From assembly GCA_028282585.1 (NCBI GenBank), contig JANQHR010000047.1, positions 84,732 through 148,731 on the forward strand: a stretch of 64,000 nt of DNA, written 5' to 3'. The notes beneath the pieces are model-generated. The model saw nothing but the letters and a program-made list of their open reading frames with translations. It had not been told where the DNA came from and did not search any database. The position numbers and the translations under genes are program-made. This document shows positions 20,301 to 29,332 of this stretch, in pieces; the stretch's first letter is position 1, and every line of letters starts with the position of its first letter. The DNA comes from Bacteroidales bacterium (lineage in GTDB: Bacteria > Bacteroidota > Bacteroidia > Bacteroidales > UBA12077).

Positions 20301-21851
20301 CTGGAAATTTAATTCAATATTTGGGTCGGAAATACTTACAAAACCATCGTAAGTTCTTTCCGTAAGCAGACCATCTATCTTAACATTTTGGTAGTTGTAT
20401 TTATTAATTTCAATATTGTGAACTATTCCTTTTGTTGTTGCGTTAATTTCTTTCTTCGAATTAATTGATCCATTTATATTGGCATCCATACTAATTTCTC
20501 CGACCCGTTCGGTTTGAGGGAACAATTCTCCAACATTGAAGTTCTTTGTTGCAAGATTACCACTAAAAGCTAGTGTTTGCGAAGTGTCTGGTTGTAAAGA
20601 TAGGTCAGTTGACACATTACCTAAATTAGAGGTAAATTTTCCATAAGTAACAAAATTATCGTAAAAACCTGCAAAATTTCCTTTATAATGGACAATGCCA
20701 AGTTTTTCGAAACTCTCGGGGACGGAGATTCCTTTTTTATTTTTAAAAAATCTGTTTATAATTTCAAGATCCTGTGCTTGTGTTGTTAATTTTTTGAAAT
20801 CGGCAAAAATGAACATTTCATTATGGTTTGGTAGACCGTTGAGTCCAAAATCCATTATTAATTCGGTTTGCTCACCGATGTGAAATGTAACATCTTCTCC
20901 CTTAAAGGTATTAAGTTTACTATGGACTCTTCCTGAAAGCACTGTGTTAAGTTCAATTCCTCTGAAAACTCCAGCGTAATAGCCAAGATCAATAAAGCTA
21001 AGGTTAGATTCTTGAAGTGCAAAATCCAAATAAACATTCTTTGCAAATTGTTGATATACATCATAATCTTTATGTCGAAAAACAAGAGAATCTGAATTTA
21101 TATATGAATATGGTGTTCTGATTTTAACATTTTTGAAAATCATGTGTTTCTTACCAATACTCATATGAAAATTGACATTATAAGCAGCAAAACCAGTTTT
21201 TTCTCTGAATTTCAGTTTCTTTGCATAGAAATCTACAACACCATTTTCAACTTTAAGATCTCTTACGTCTAAATTTTCAATATAACATACTAAGTCATTA
21301 AAGTTTATTACTCCTTCCGGCTTTTCTTTTTTACGAACTGATTTAAACCAAAACACGGATTGATGCATTTCAATATTTTTAAATGAAACTTTCCATTTTT
21401 TTTGAGAAGGTGTTGAATCATTTAAATTAATTGAATCCTTATTAGTTAATGGTTCATTCGAGAATTTTAAATTGATTGGTTTTAACGTATCAAATTTATG
21501 CAGATATATTCTGGCGTTGTATAAATCAATGTTTTTAATATCAATAATCTTTTTTGTTCTATCAAACTTACTTAGGTTACAAATCATTTCACCAGAGTAA
21601 AATAAAGTATCTTTAAACTGATCTTCCACATAAACGTTTTTTAAGATAATTTTGTTAAAGAATCTGAAATTGACCGATTCAACTTCAATTTTAGCTTCCA
21701 GATTTTCCGAAATCTCTTCTGCAATTTGCTTAGTAAGGTATGTTTGGATTTGCTTATTTTGAAGTATAAAAAAAGCAGTTGTAGGTATAGCAAATAATAC
21801 CAACAAGAAAATAATCAATATTTTATATAATTTTTTAATATTTTTGCGCAT
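17370..21851 (-). CDS. tamB: Translocation and assembly module TamB (AsmA-like, DUF490 C-terminus)
   Basis: 1493 aa with an N-terminal TM anchor and beta-rich body; C-terminal region with GGSIVWSGEP and QGVGIFYREEF; divergent from tsaD as in Bacteroidota. Confidence 0.85.
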   Translation of the reverse strand: MRKNIKKLYKILIIFLLVLFAIPTTAFFILQNKQIQTYLTKQIAEEISENLEAKIEVESVNFRFFNKIILKNVYVEDQFKDTLFYSGEMICNLSKFDRTKKIIDIKNIDLYNARIYLHKFDTLKPINLKFSNEPLTNKDSINLNDSTPSQKKWKVSFKNIEMHQSVFWFKSVRKKEKPEGVINFNDLVCYIENLDVRDLKVENGVVDFYAKKLKFREKTGFAAYNVNFHMSIGKKHMIFKNVKIRTPYSYINSDSLVFRHKDYDVYQQFAKNVYLDFALQESNLSFIDLGYYAGVFRGIELNTVLSGRVHSKLNTFKGEDVTFHIGEQTELIMDFGLNGLPNHNEMFIFADFKKLTTQAQDLEIINRFFKNKKGISVPESFEKLGIVHYKGNFAGFYDNFVTYGKFTSNLGNVSTDLSLQPDTSQTLAFSGNLATKNFNVGELFPQTERVGEISMDANINGSINSKKEINATTKGIVHNIEINKYNYQNVKIDGLLTERTYDGFVSISDPNIELNFQGGIDFSKEIPSFNFTASVPNTDLYGLNIDTKDSTANLSFNVNANFEGIDIDNAVGEIKFSNTKLRKLNTDMVFDTLMLISEHIADTHRIELKSDYIDTKLIGTYKSSTLIQSIKNLYFNYLPNLVKNPDDTLRVDYNNHFSLNLNLKKTHLLSSFFLPNVYLADNSNIELSYNADEKSLYLNAFTKELKYKNHTFSNLTASTFSNDSIFTAFTKCESFFLNNYFELENFKTTSLTHRNNIDVKIDWQNADTTAYEGKILASTLIKQKVPYDDPSYRITILPSQVIVSDSLWYISKSQINIDTTSIFFNQFRINHGNQNFAIDGKVSENPVDTLFFEFENLNLSHLNIITKEKKLDFEGIINGKANFSSIFNNPLFYSDIEIDNLVLNDEEFGQTQIYSRWIESINAIQLEASTLRNNQRTINISGNYYPEENNIMFNIVLDKLGLNVLNPYLSGFASDISGQSDGTVLVTGTLNKPVFNGSLYMQDAAMNIDYIKTRYNFTTEAFVENNSLVFKNVDVFDPFNNKGTTNGFVKFGNNKNIDFDFRIDADNVLSLNTDNNDNESFFGTAFMSGIVKITGDRESTFLDISAKTEKNTKINIPLTRFQDSEYGNFITFVNKKENVEPNEPEYNFNYSGFRLNFDLEVTPDAEALLIFDSKIGDIIRSKGEGDIKMEINSDNDFKMYGDFNIEEGDYLFTLQNVINKKFEIERGGSIVWSGEPNVANIDIEAIYSLRTSLSTLIDSTTSYYSDDDYRRRIPVDCQIFLTNRLLNPDIRFNIDLPTADEEAKTLLQTAINTEEKLNKQFLSLLVLNTFIREQSDTESSSASTGSAGLGTVTTSELLSNQLSHWLSQISDEWDLGVNYRPGDEITRDQVEVALSTQIFDDRVSIDGNVGYGGQTVDQASNIVGDVNIEVKLNKSGKLRLRAFNESNDKQIYEDAPYTQGVGIFYREEFSSFSELMNKFWNKISRKEKEEKND

Positions 21852-21911
21852 TAAATCTCTAACGCAAAAGAAGCAAAAAAAATTATAATATACTCAAAAT
21901 CTAAGGACTAA

Positions 21912-22931
21912 ATGGACATTACAATACTTGGGATTGAATCATCTTGTGACGATACTTCTGCGGCAATAATTAAGAATGGTTATCTATTATCGAATGTAAT
22001 AGCTAATCAGAATGTTCATAAAGCTTATGGAGGAGTTGTGCCGGAACTTGCATCAAGAGCTCATCAGCAAAACATAATTCCGGTTGTTGATCAGGCCATA
22101 AAGCTTGCTAATACCTCTAAAGATGAAATTAGTGCTGTAGCATTTACTCGTGGACCAGGGCTTTTAGGTTCTTTACTTGTTGGAACTTCATTTGCTAAAT
22201 CTTTTTCGTTAGCAATGGATATCCCTTTAGTTGAAATCAATCATCTTCAGGCTCATATTTTAGTACATTTTATAAAAGAGTTAGAAAAGAAGAAGGATAT
22301 TCCGGAATTTCCATTTTTATGTTTACTTGTTTCAGGAGGCCATACACAAATTGTGCTGATAAACGATTATTTGGAGATGGAAGTTATTGGGCAAACAATT
22401 GATGATGCGGCAGGAGAAGCTTTTGATAAATGCGCTAAAGTGATCGGTTTACCATACCCTGGAGGACCAGTAGTTGATAAAAACGCTCAAAATGGTAATC
22501 AGGAAGCTTTTAAATTCAGCAAACCACGAATTAAGGATCTAGATTACAGTTTTAGTGGATTAAAAACATCATTTTTATACTTTATTCGTGATAGTATTAA
22601 AGTAAATCCGGATTTTGTACAAGAAAATATGAATGATCTTTGCGCAAGTGTTCAATATACCATAATTGATATTTTAATTGATAAATTGAAATTAGCGGTT
22701 AAACAAACGGGAATTAACAGAATAGCGGTTGCCGGAGGAGTTTCCGCAAATTCAGGATTACGAAATGTTTTATTAGATATTGCAGGAAAGTATGGTTGGA
22801 AAACCTTTATTCCTGACTTTAAATTTACAACCGATAATGCTGCTATGATAGCAATTACAGGATATTATAAATATCTGAATAAGGATTTTGCAAGCCAGGA
22901 TATAGCACCTTTAGCAAGATTTCCTTATTAG
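21912..22931 (+). CDS. tsaD: tRNA N6-threonylcarbamoyladenosine synthesis protein TsaD
   Basis: ILGIESSCDDT, GGVVPELASRAH, HLQAH, SGGHT, DDAAGEAFDK and TDNAAMI. Confidence 0.97.
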   Translation: MDITILGIESSCDDTSAAIIKNGYLLSNVIANQNVHKAYGGVVPELASRAHQQNIIPVVDQAIKLANTSKDEISAVAFTRGPGLLGSLLVGTSFAKSFSLAMDIPLVEINHLQAHILVHFIKELEKKKDIPEFPFLCLLVSGGHTQIVLINDYLEMEVIGQTIDDAAGEAFDKCAKVIGLPYPGGPVVDKNAQNGNQEAFKFSKPRIKDLDYSFSGLKTSFLYFIRDSIKVNPDFVQENMNDLCASVQYTIIDILIDKLKLAVKQTGINRIAVAGGVSANSGLRNVLLDIAGKYGWKTFIPDFKFTTDNAAMIAITGYYKYLNKDFASQDIAPLARFPY

Positions 22932-24175
22932 TTTTTTTGGGGTTTAACACTAAATAAAGGACTTAAAATTACAATTGATAATGCTATTACGGCTAAAGAA
23001 ATGCCAACCCCAAATTTATCAGCAATAAAACCAAGTAATGGTGCAATTATAGCTGATATTAAGCTTTTGGATTGAGAATTTAAGGATAGAGCAGTTGCTA
23101 AAACGTTATCTTTGTATAAATTACTTACATAAGCTACTCCAATTGGATTTCTTAAATTTTCAATTAGAAAAATCAGAACATATAAGATTATTGATGCTAG
23201 AAAAAAACCATAGTGAAAGAAAATACCGCATAACAAGATAAAAATAAATCCTAAATACATTGTAAGATTTAACGAATTCTCCATTGATCTTAATTGGTCC
23301 TTTAACCTACCTGCTCTCCTGGTTATAAAAGAAGTAAGTAAATAGATTACAAAGTAGATGATGCCGATTAAAATTGCAGATCTTTGATTAGCCGTAAAGT
23401 AAAGAAAAAAGGGTAATGAAAGGGCAAAGGTTTGGATAACAGGTTGGAGGTAATCTTTTATCGATCGGTGAAATCCACTGTGTACCGATAAATTTGCAAC
23501 AGCCTTTAAAATACTTATTTTCCTAAATGAATAAATGATTTCATCAAATACTAATATAAATCTGCCTTTTATTTTTTTTGATGAAAGTTCACCTTTAACT
23601 AAATCCAGCTCCTTGGGGTAAGATGAAACAAGAAAAACATCAATAATATAAGGAATTACAGATATCAAAAAAATAGTGTTATAGGTACCACTATAAAAAA
23701 CAATGCCCGCTGCTGCTAAAGATGAAATTGCGGACCCAAACTGTGACCAGGATCTGGTATGACCATAATAATGGGCTCGCTGATCTTTCCAACCCTTTAT
23801 ACTTAAATACTCAAAAATCATTGCTTTATGATTTCCGGTTCGGAAAGCATCACCAATAGCATAAAAAACTATGGCAATTATAAAACTAAAAAAGGTTTGC
23901 GTAAAATGAAATATCATGAATGATATGATATAGAAAACAAAAGACGTTGTAAGAGTCTTTTTCCTGCCAAATGCATCAGCGAGAATACCTGAAGGTATTT
24001 CTAGAATATTTATAAGAATTTCACGAACTGAATAAATAATTCCTATTTGTAGAAAAGAGATATCTTTTTCAAGAAAAAACAAAATTAAAAATGGTTCGAA
24101 GAAACGTAAGTTCTTAAAAAAGCCATATAAACAAAATTTATAATACTGAATATCTTTTACGAATACTGTATTCAT
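22928..24175 (-). CDS. MFS transporter
   Basis: MFS motif A-like EIPSGILADAFGRKKT; about 12 TM. ATG 24175 preferred over the track start at 24199. Confidence 0.88.
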   Translation of the reverse strand: MNTVFVKDIQYYKFCLYGFFKNLRFFEPFLILFFLEKDISFLQIGIIYSVREILINILEIPSGILADAFGRKKTLTTSFVFYIISFMIFHFTQTFFSFIIAIVFYAIGDAFRTGNHKAMIFEYLSIKGWKDQRAHYYGHTRSWSQFGSAISSLAAAGIVFYSGTYNTIFLISVIPYIIDVFLVSSYPKELDLVKGELSSKKIKGRFILVFDEIIYSFRKISILKAVANLSVHSGFHRSIKDYLQPVIQTFALSLPFFLYFTANQRSAILIGIIYFVIYLLTSFITRRAGRLKDQLRSMENSLNLTMYLGFIFILLCGIFFHYGFFLASIILYVLIFLIENLRNPIGVAYVSNLYKDNVLATALSLNSQSKSLISAIIAPLLGFIADKFGVGISLAVIALSIVILSPLFSVKPQKN

Positions 24176-24204
24176 ACAACTTGAACAGCCAAATCCCAAA
24201 ATTA

Positions 24205-24223
24205 AAGGGGCTTAAGGCCCCTT
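24205..24223 (-). terminator. Probable terminator hairpin
   Basis: Minus strand AAGGGGC-CTTAA-GCCCCTT followed by TAATTTT, just after the stop of 24230..25222. Confidence 0.55.
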
Positions 24224-24229
24224 ATTGTA

Positions 24230-25222
24230 TTATTGATGCTTTTTTAATGATTTTATGGTTATGAATATGGCACCTATTAATAGTATTAAGAAACTAAAAG
24301 CAAATAATGTCTGTCTTTTCACTATTTTCAATATAGGATCATTTTTATTTGTTATATCTGTAATAATAGACAATGCAAAATCAGGAAGCCTGGTTGAAGG
24401 ATCTTGTTCAATAAACATAAATTCCGCATTTAATTCTTGTTTCCTAATATTGAAATTTGATTCCTGATCGGCTTTCTCATTAAATGACTTTATAATTAAA
24501 CTATCAGGAATATATCTGTTTAATGGTTCGTCAATCAGAGGAAATTGATAATCAGTATTACCAAACCAGTAATTTACTGATACAATATTTTTATTTTCCG
24601 CGGTAATTTGCTTTAATCGATTAATGAACATTTCCATTATTTTATCTGCTACCTCTGAATAGCTACCTATCTCAATTAAAAAACCTCCATCAGGTGATGG
24701 CTTGTATGAATATGATTTTAATCTTTTAGTAGAAGATTCAAACTGAAACTTTTCCGCGTAAAATGTTTTTGACCTTAAAATTTTATTCAAATGATTAATA
24801 TGTTCTTCTCCGAAAGCAGAAAAATCTAATCCCCAGTCTGGTGTATAAGTTGTATTTACTACAACGTTATCATCAATAATGTATAAATCATGAAATGTAG
24901 AATCCAGGCCTAATGCTCTTAACTCATTATTTAAATTAACCGAACGAAGATCCCTGTATTGAATTGTGAGTTTATCTAAAGCTTCTTTTTGAAGATCATA
25001 AAATGATTTTTCAAAGGTTTTTAGAGCGGAAACCTGAAAATCACTAATACCAATTATTTCATTTCTTATTTTTTGTCTAAGTTCTTGTTCACTCTGCAAT
25101 TGAATATTAATTGTATCCTGAATAGTAATAGCAGCTAAAATGACATTAAGTAAAAGTACGATTAACGTAACTTTTACAAATAATAATCTAAATATCGATT
25201 TTCGTTTTGAACTCTTGTCCAT
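24230..25222 (-). CDS. Hypothetical 2-TM protein with a large periplasmic (Cache-like?) domain and no cytoplasmic output domain
   Basis: One TM near the N-terminus and one at the extreme C-terminus, with about 270 aa of soluble sequence between them. Confidence 0.6.
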   Translation of the reverse strand: MDKSSKRKSIFRLLFVKVTLIVLLLNVILAAITIQDTINIQLQSEQELRQKIRNEIIGISDFQVSALKTFEKSFYDLQKEALDKLTIQYRDLRSVNLNNELRALGLDSTFHDLYIIDDNVVVNTTYTPDWGLDFSAFGEEHINHLNKILRSKTFYAEKFQFESSTKRLKSYSYKPSPDGGFLIEIGSYSEVADKIMEMFINRLKQITAENKNIVSVNYWFGNTDYQFPLIDEPLNRYIPDSLIIKSFNEKADQESNFNIRKQELNAEFMFIEQDPSTRLPDFALSIITDITNKNDPILKIVKRQTLFAFSFLILLIGAIFITIKSLKKHQ

Positions 25223-25387
25223 AATGATGATTTTTTAATTGAAAAACGATGGTTAAGTTAATAAAAAAGAAATTAGTAGTAAAGATTTAAATATTTTTTT
25301 GCAAAACTTTTAATATTAGATTATTAAAACATTGAGTGAAATTCTTTAAAAAGCTTTATTTTAGTACAAATAATAAAAAGTAAGACA

Positions 25388-26254
25388 ATGATTGATATAA
25401 AAAAGCACAGTTTGTACCAGGCAATGGAAGTTGATACAGTGATATCAACAGTTTTTAGAGTTTATTTCAAGAAATTTCTGGTATTATTTATTTCTAGTTT
25501 TATTGCAGTATTCGCGATACAGATGATATTTTATCAATTAGGATTTTGGGAATTTTACAGACAAGACTTCGCCAATTTAGAGGATATTATGTTATTGTAT
25601 TCAAAATTAATGAGTAAAGTTGCGATTGTATCCGTAACATCAATTATTATTTATGGATTTCTAAATGCATTTTTGGTTAATTATTTACTAAAAAGCGATG
25701 GCGTTGAGAATCCTAATATTGGAGAGATTTTTACAGAGTCAGTTAGGAAATATTCTATACATATGATATTCTTTTTGATTCTTTCTACATTAATTTTAGT
25801 ATTCGGTATGATTATTGGCGTTCTCGCGTTAATTATCGGATCAATTGTAGCTATGTTATATTTAGGAACTGTAATGATCATTGGAGGAACAATTGTGGTT
25901 GCAGAAGAGAAAAATGCTATAGAAACGATTGGCAGATCATTTACTTTAGGACATAAAGATTTTTGGCCGCTTTTAGGATCTCTAATTTTATTCGGTTTAA
26001 TTATAATTTTGATTTCATTAATTTTTGCAGCCTTAATGGCAATTCCATTTGTATTTATGTTTTTTGAGAATTGGAAAGAATCCGGAGATTTTTTAGAATT
26101 GTTTAATAGGCAACTTTATGACATTGGATTATGGTCTGTTGTATTTAATTCGCTTGCCTCTGCATTAATATATCCGCTCTATGCAATAATTTCCGTTGTA
26201 TTGTATTTTAAGGCTAAATTTGTTGAGGATCAGAAGAATATGATTCACCAATAG
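25388..26254 (+). CDS. Hypothetical integral membrane protein (about 6 TM)
   Basis: Hydrophobic pattern with the loop EEKNAIETIGRSFTLG, reminiscent of GDPD-membrane/YciC-like proteins. Confidence 0.65.
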   Translation: MIDIKKHSLYQAMEVDTVISTVFRVYFKKFLVLFISSFIAVFAIQMIFYQLGFWEFYRQDFANLEDIMLLYSKLMSKVAIVSVTSIIIYGFLNAFLVNYLLKSDGVENPNIGEIFTESVRKYSIHMIFFLILSTLILVFGMIIGVLALIIGSIVAMLYLGTVMIIGGTIVVAEEKNAIETIGRSFTLGHKDFWPLLGSLILFGLIIILISLIFAALMAIPFVFMFFENWKESGDFLELFNRQLYDIGLWSVVFNSLASALIYPLYAIISVVLYFKAKFVEDQKNMIHQ

Positions 26255-26316
26255 AGGGTCGAAAACTATAAATTCTGTGTATAAATAAATAATTATTACT
26301 TTTTTTTAATTACGAC

Positions 26317-26344
26317 GCAACCTTTTTTAAAACTTGTACATCTA
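26317..26344 (+). promoter_or_regulatory. Candidate ECF sigma factor promoter
   Basis: GCAAC (26317-26321), 17 nt, then CATCTA (26339-26344); resembles the ECF AAC-N16/17-CGT(C) pattern. Confidence 0.45.
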
Positions 26345-26350
26345 CACAGT

Positions 26351-26456
26351 AGCATCAAGTTATTCTGTATTGTTTTCAATACCCTAACCTAAATAACGAT
26401 ACTGCATATGCAGTAATTTTCAAAGACGTGGCGGTGTACTTAGCACCGCTTTTTTT
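26351..26456 (+). ncRNA. Candidate structured small RNA (about 105 nt)
   Basis: Several hairpins ending in an intrinsic terminator, within a 290-nt intergenic gap. Confidence 0.45.
26431..26456 (+). terminator. Rho-independent terminator
   Basis: GCGGTG-TACTTAG-CACCGC-TTTTTTT. Confidence 0.8.
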
Positions 26457-26545
26457 AATTTAGAATTTTGTTTTAGTTGAAAATAATCTGCTGAACAAAA
26501 TATTTTTTTTAATGTTAAGATAAGAATAAATAGATTGATTTATAT

Positions 26546-27310
26546 ATGATTACTGTTATTTCACCAGCAAAAAACTTAAACTTTAAAACGTCTTCAAACC
26601 TTGATGGTTTTTCGTTACCAGAGTTCCTTGAAGATTCAAGATTACTTATTAATGAATTAAGGAAGTTAAATCCCAAAAACATTTCAGAGTTAATGAATGT
26701 TAATGAAGAGATTGCAATCTTGAATTTTGAGAGAAATTTGGCCTGGAAGACTCCATTTACTCCAGATAATGCGAAACATGCAGTGCTTGCTTTTAATGGG
26801 CAGGCTTATATAGGTTTAAAAGCAAGTACGTTCTCTGGTAACGATTTTGTTTTTGCTCAAAAACATTTACGAATATTAAGCGGTTTATATGGAATCTTAA
26901 GACCATTGGATTTAATTCAGGCCTATCGTTTGGAAATGGGAACCCAATTAAAAAATAAAAAAGGAAAGAATTTATATGAGTTTTGGGGCGATAAAATAAC
27001 CGATTTTATAAACTCTGAGTTAGAAAAACAAAAAAATAAAGTGCTCATAAACCTTGCTTCGAAAGAATATTTCAAATCTGTTAAAACAAAGAAAATTAAA
27101 GGAGAAATAATTACTCCGGTTTTTAAGGAACAAAAAGGAAATAGTTTTAAAGTTGTTTTTGTTTATGCAAAGCATGCACGCGGATTAATGAGTAGGTTTA
27201 TTATTCAAAACAAAATTGAGAATCCTGAAGATATTAAAGCCTTTGATTCTGAAGGATATTTATTTAACAGAGATTTGTCTACTGAAAAAGAATGGGTATT
27301 TACAAGATAA
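26546..27310 (+). CDS. yaaA: Peroxide stress protein YaaA (DUF328)
   Basis: ISPAK, LRILSGLYGILRPLDLIQAYRLEMG, INLASKEY and AKHARGLM. Confidence 0.95.
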   Translation: MITVISPAKNLNFKTSSNLDGFSLPEFLEDSRLLINELRKLNPKNISELMNVNEEIAILNFERNLAWKTPFTPDNAKHAVLAFNGQAYIGLKASTFSGNDFVFAQKHLRILSGLYGILRPLDLIQAYRLEMGTQLKNKKGKNLYEFWGDKITDFINSELEKQKNKVLINLASKEYFKSVKTKKIKGEIITPVFKEQKGNSFKVVFVYAKHARGLMSRFIIQNKIENPEDIKAFDSEGYLFNRDLSTEKEWVFTR

Positions 27311-27312
27311 TA

Positions 27313-27346
27313 GAATTAGAGGAGAGCAAAAGCTCTCCTCTAATTC
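27313..27346. terminator. Perfect 15-bp hairpin between convergent genes
   Basis: GAATTAGAGGAGAGC-AAAA-GCTCTCCTCTAATTC. Confidence 0.8.
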
Positions 27347-27359
27347 AACTAACCTATGA

Positions 27360-28580
27360 TTACTCATGACGCAAGGCATTGATAGGGTCCAATTTTGCCG
27401 CCTTGCGTGCGGGGTACCAACCAAAGAAAACCCCGATTATTGAAGCAAAAAAGAACGCTAAGAATATTGAATTAACCGTAATAACTACAGGCCAATTCAT
27501 AAAATGAGAAACGGAATAAGCCATAGAAGTTCCTAGTGTAATACCAATAATGCCTCCTGTTAAACTCATAAAGATCGATTCAATCAAGAACTGCCACATA
27601 ATATCTACTTCTCGTCCTCCAACTGCCGATCTTAAACCTATTTCTCTTGTTCGTTCGGTAACTGAAACGTACATGATATTCATTATACCAATTCCGCCTA
27701 CTAATAAAGAAATACCCGCGATTGCCGCAAGTAACGTAGTTAAAATATCACTTGTAGACGAAAGCATATTCATTATTTCTTCTTGTGTTCTGATATTAAA
27801 ATCATTTTCTTCGGCATCGGTCAATTTGTGTTCAGCCCTTAAAGTTTCCTCGATTTCTTCTACAGCCTTTTCTGAAGCATCTTCATTGATTGCAGAAACG
27901 TATATCTGGTGAATAAAAGAAATGGAAAGAATCCTTTTTTGAACAGTAGTATAAGGTGCAACAATTATATCATCTTGATCAGAGCCAAATGTACTTTGTC
28001 CTTTAGATTCAAGTACACCAATAATTTTAAATGGAATTTTATTAAACCTTACTTTTTCTCCAACCGGATCGGAATTTTCTCCAAAGATTTCTTCTTTAAT
28101 CGTTTCTCCTATTAAACATACCTTGGCTGCTCGCCTTATTTCGTCATTTGTAAATGAACGGCCACTTTCAATTTCATGATTTGTAATTTCGAAATAGTAC
28201 TCATTGGCACCTATAATACTTGTTGGCCAATTACTTGATCCAGATATAATTTGCCCATTGGTGCGCAATATTGGTGTAACAGACTTAACAGAAGGGCAGC
28301 TTTCTAAAATGGCTTCATAGTCATCAATATATAGTTTCTTAGCATCACCTGAACCTAACATAACACCACCACGCCTATCACTGCTTGGGAATATCATTAT
28401 CAGGTTTGAACCCATACTGGAAATATTCTCTTCAATGCTTTTTTTAGAACCTTCACCAATAGCAAGCATAGCAATTACAGAAGCCACACCTATTATAATC
28501 CCAAGCATGGTTAACAAAGATCGAAACTTGTTTCTAAGTAATGACTGTACAGCTAGTTTTATGAGATTTATTAGTTTCAT
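27360..28580 (-). CDS. MacB-type ABC transporter permease
   Basis: RSLLTMLGIIIGVASVI, GGIGIMNIMYVSVTERTREIG and PARKAAKLDPINALRHE. Confidence 0.93.
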   Translation of the reverse strand: MKLINLIKLAVQSLLRNKFRSLLTMLGIIIGVASVIAMLAIGEGSKKSIEENISSMGSNLIMIFPSSDRRGGVMLGSGDAKKLYIDDYEAILESCPSVKSVTPILRTNGQIISGSSNWPTSIIGANEYYFEITNHEIESGRSFTNDEIRRAAKVCLIGETIKEEIFGENSDPVGEKVRFNKIPFKIIGVLESKGQSTFGSDQDDIIVAPYTTVQKRILSISFIHQIYVSAINEDASEKAVEEIEETLRAEHKLTDAEENDFNIRTQEEIMNMLSSTSDILTTLLAAIAGISLLVGGIGIMNIMYVSVTERTREIGLRSAVGGREVDIMWQFLIESIFMSLTGGIIGITLGTSMAYSVSHFMNWPVVITVNSIFLAFFFASIIGVFFGWYPARKAAKLDPINALRHE

Positions 28581-29324
28581 TTATTCTTCTTCTTTTGGCA
28601 AATTTTCTAAAGCCTCTCTTGCATTTTTCGGATTCTTAATTGTTTGATCTTTAATTATTTTACCATCTCTGTATACAATATTCCTTTTTGTGAATTGAGC
28701 TATATCTTGCTCATGAGTGACGATAACAATAGTTTTTCCTTGAGAATTTAGTTCCTGAAAAAGATTCATGATTTCATAACTTGTTCTTGTATCTAAATTT
28801 CCAGTTGGCTCATCGGCTAGAATTAGCACCGGATTATTAACAAGAGAACGAGCAATGGCAACTCTTTGCTGTTGACCACCGGATAATTGATTGGGCATAT
28901 GAAATTTTCGATTTGATAAGTTAACAGACTCAAGTGCCGTAAGAGCTCGTTCTCGTCGTTCTTTTGAACTAACCGTACTATTATATAGTAATGGCAATTC
29001 TACATTTTCTAGAGCGCTTGTTTTTGGTAACAGATTGTATGATTGAAATACAAAACCTATTTTCTGGTTCCTAATATACGCTAATTGGTTTTTATTTAGT
29101 TTGTTAATTAGTTCATCATCAAGAGTATATTTGCCTTGTGTTGGTTTGTCAAGACAACCAAGAATATTCAATAGTGTGGATTTTCCTGAACCACTTGCAC
29201 CCATTACCGCTGTAAATTCCCCTTCATTAATTTCCATATCAACATCTTTCAAAGCACGTACAGTTATGTCACCTAAATAGTAGTCTTTGTTTATTGATTT
29301 TAAGGATATGATATTTTTATTCAT
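28581..29324 (-). CDS. MacB/LolD-type ABC transporter ATP-binding protein
   Basis: Walker A GASGSGKS, signature LSGGQQQR, ILADEPTGNLD and H-loop VTHE. Confidence 0.95.
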   Translation of the reverse strand: MNKNIISLKSINKDYYLGDITVRALKDVDMEINEGEFTAVMGASGSGKSTLLNILGCLDKPTQGKYTLDDELINKLNKNQLAYIRNQKIGFVFQSYNLLPKTSALENVELPLLYNSTVSSKERRERALTALESVNLSNRKFHMPNQLSGGQQQRVAIARSLVNNPVLILADEPTGNLDTRTSYEIMNLFQELNSQGKTIVIVTHEQDIAQFTKRNIVYRDGKIIKDQTIKNPKNAREALENLPKEEE

Positions 29325-29332
29325 TCTGCTCG

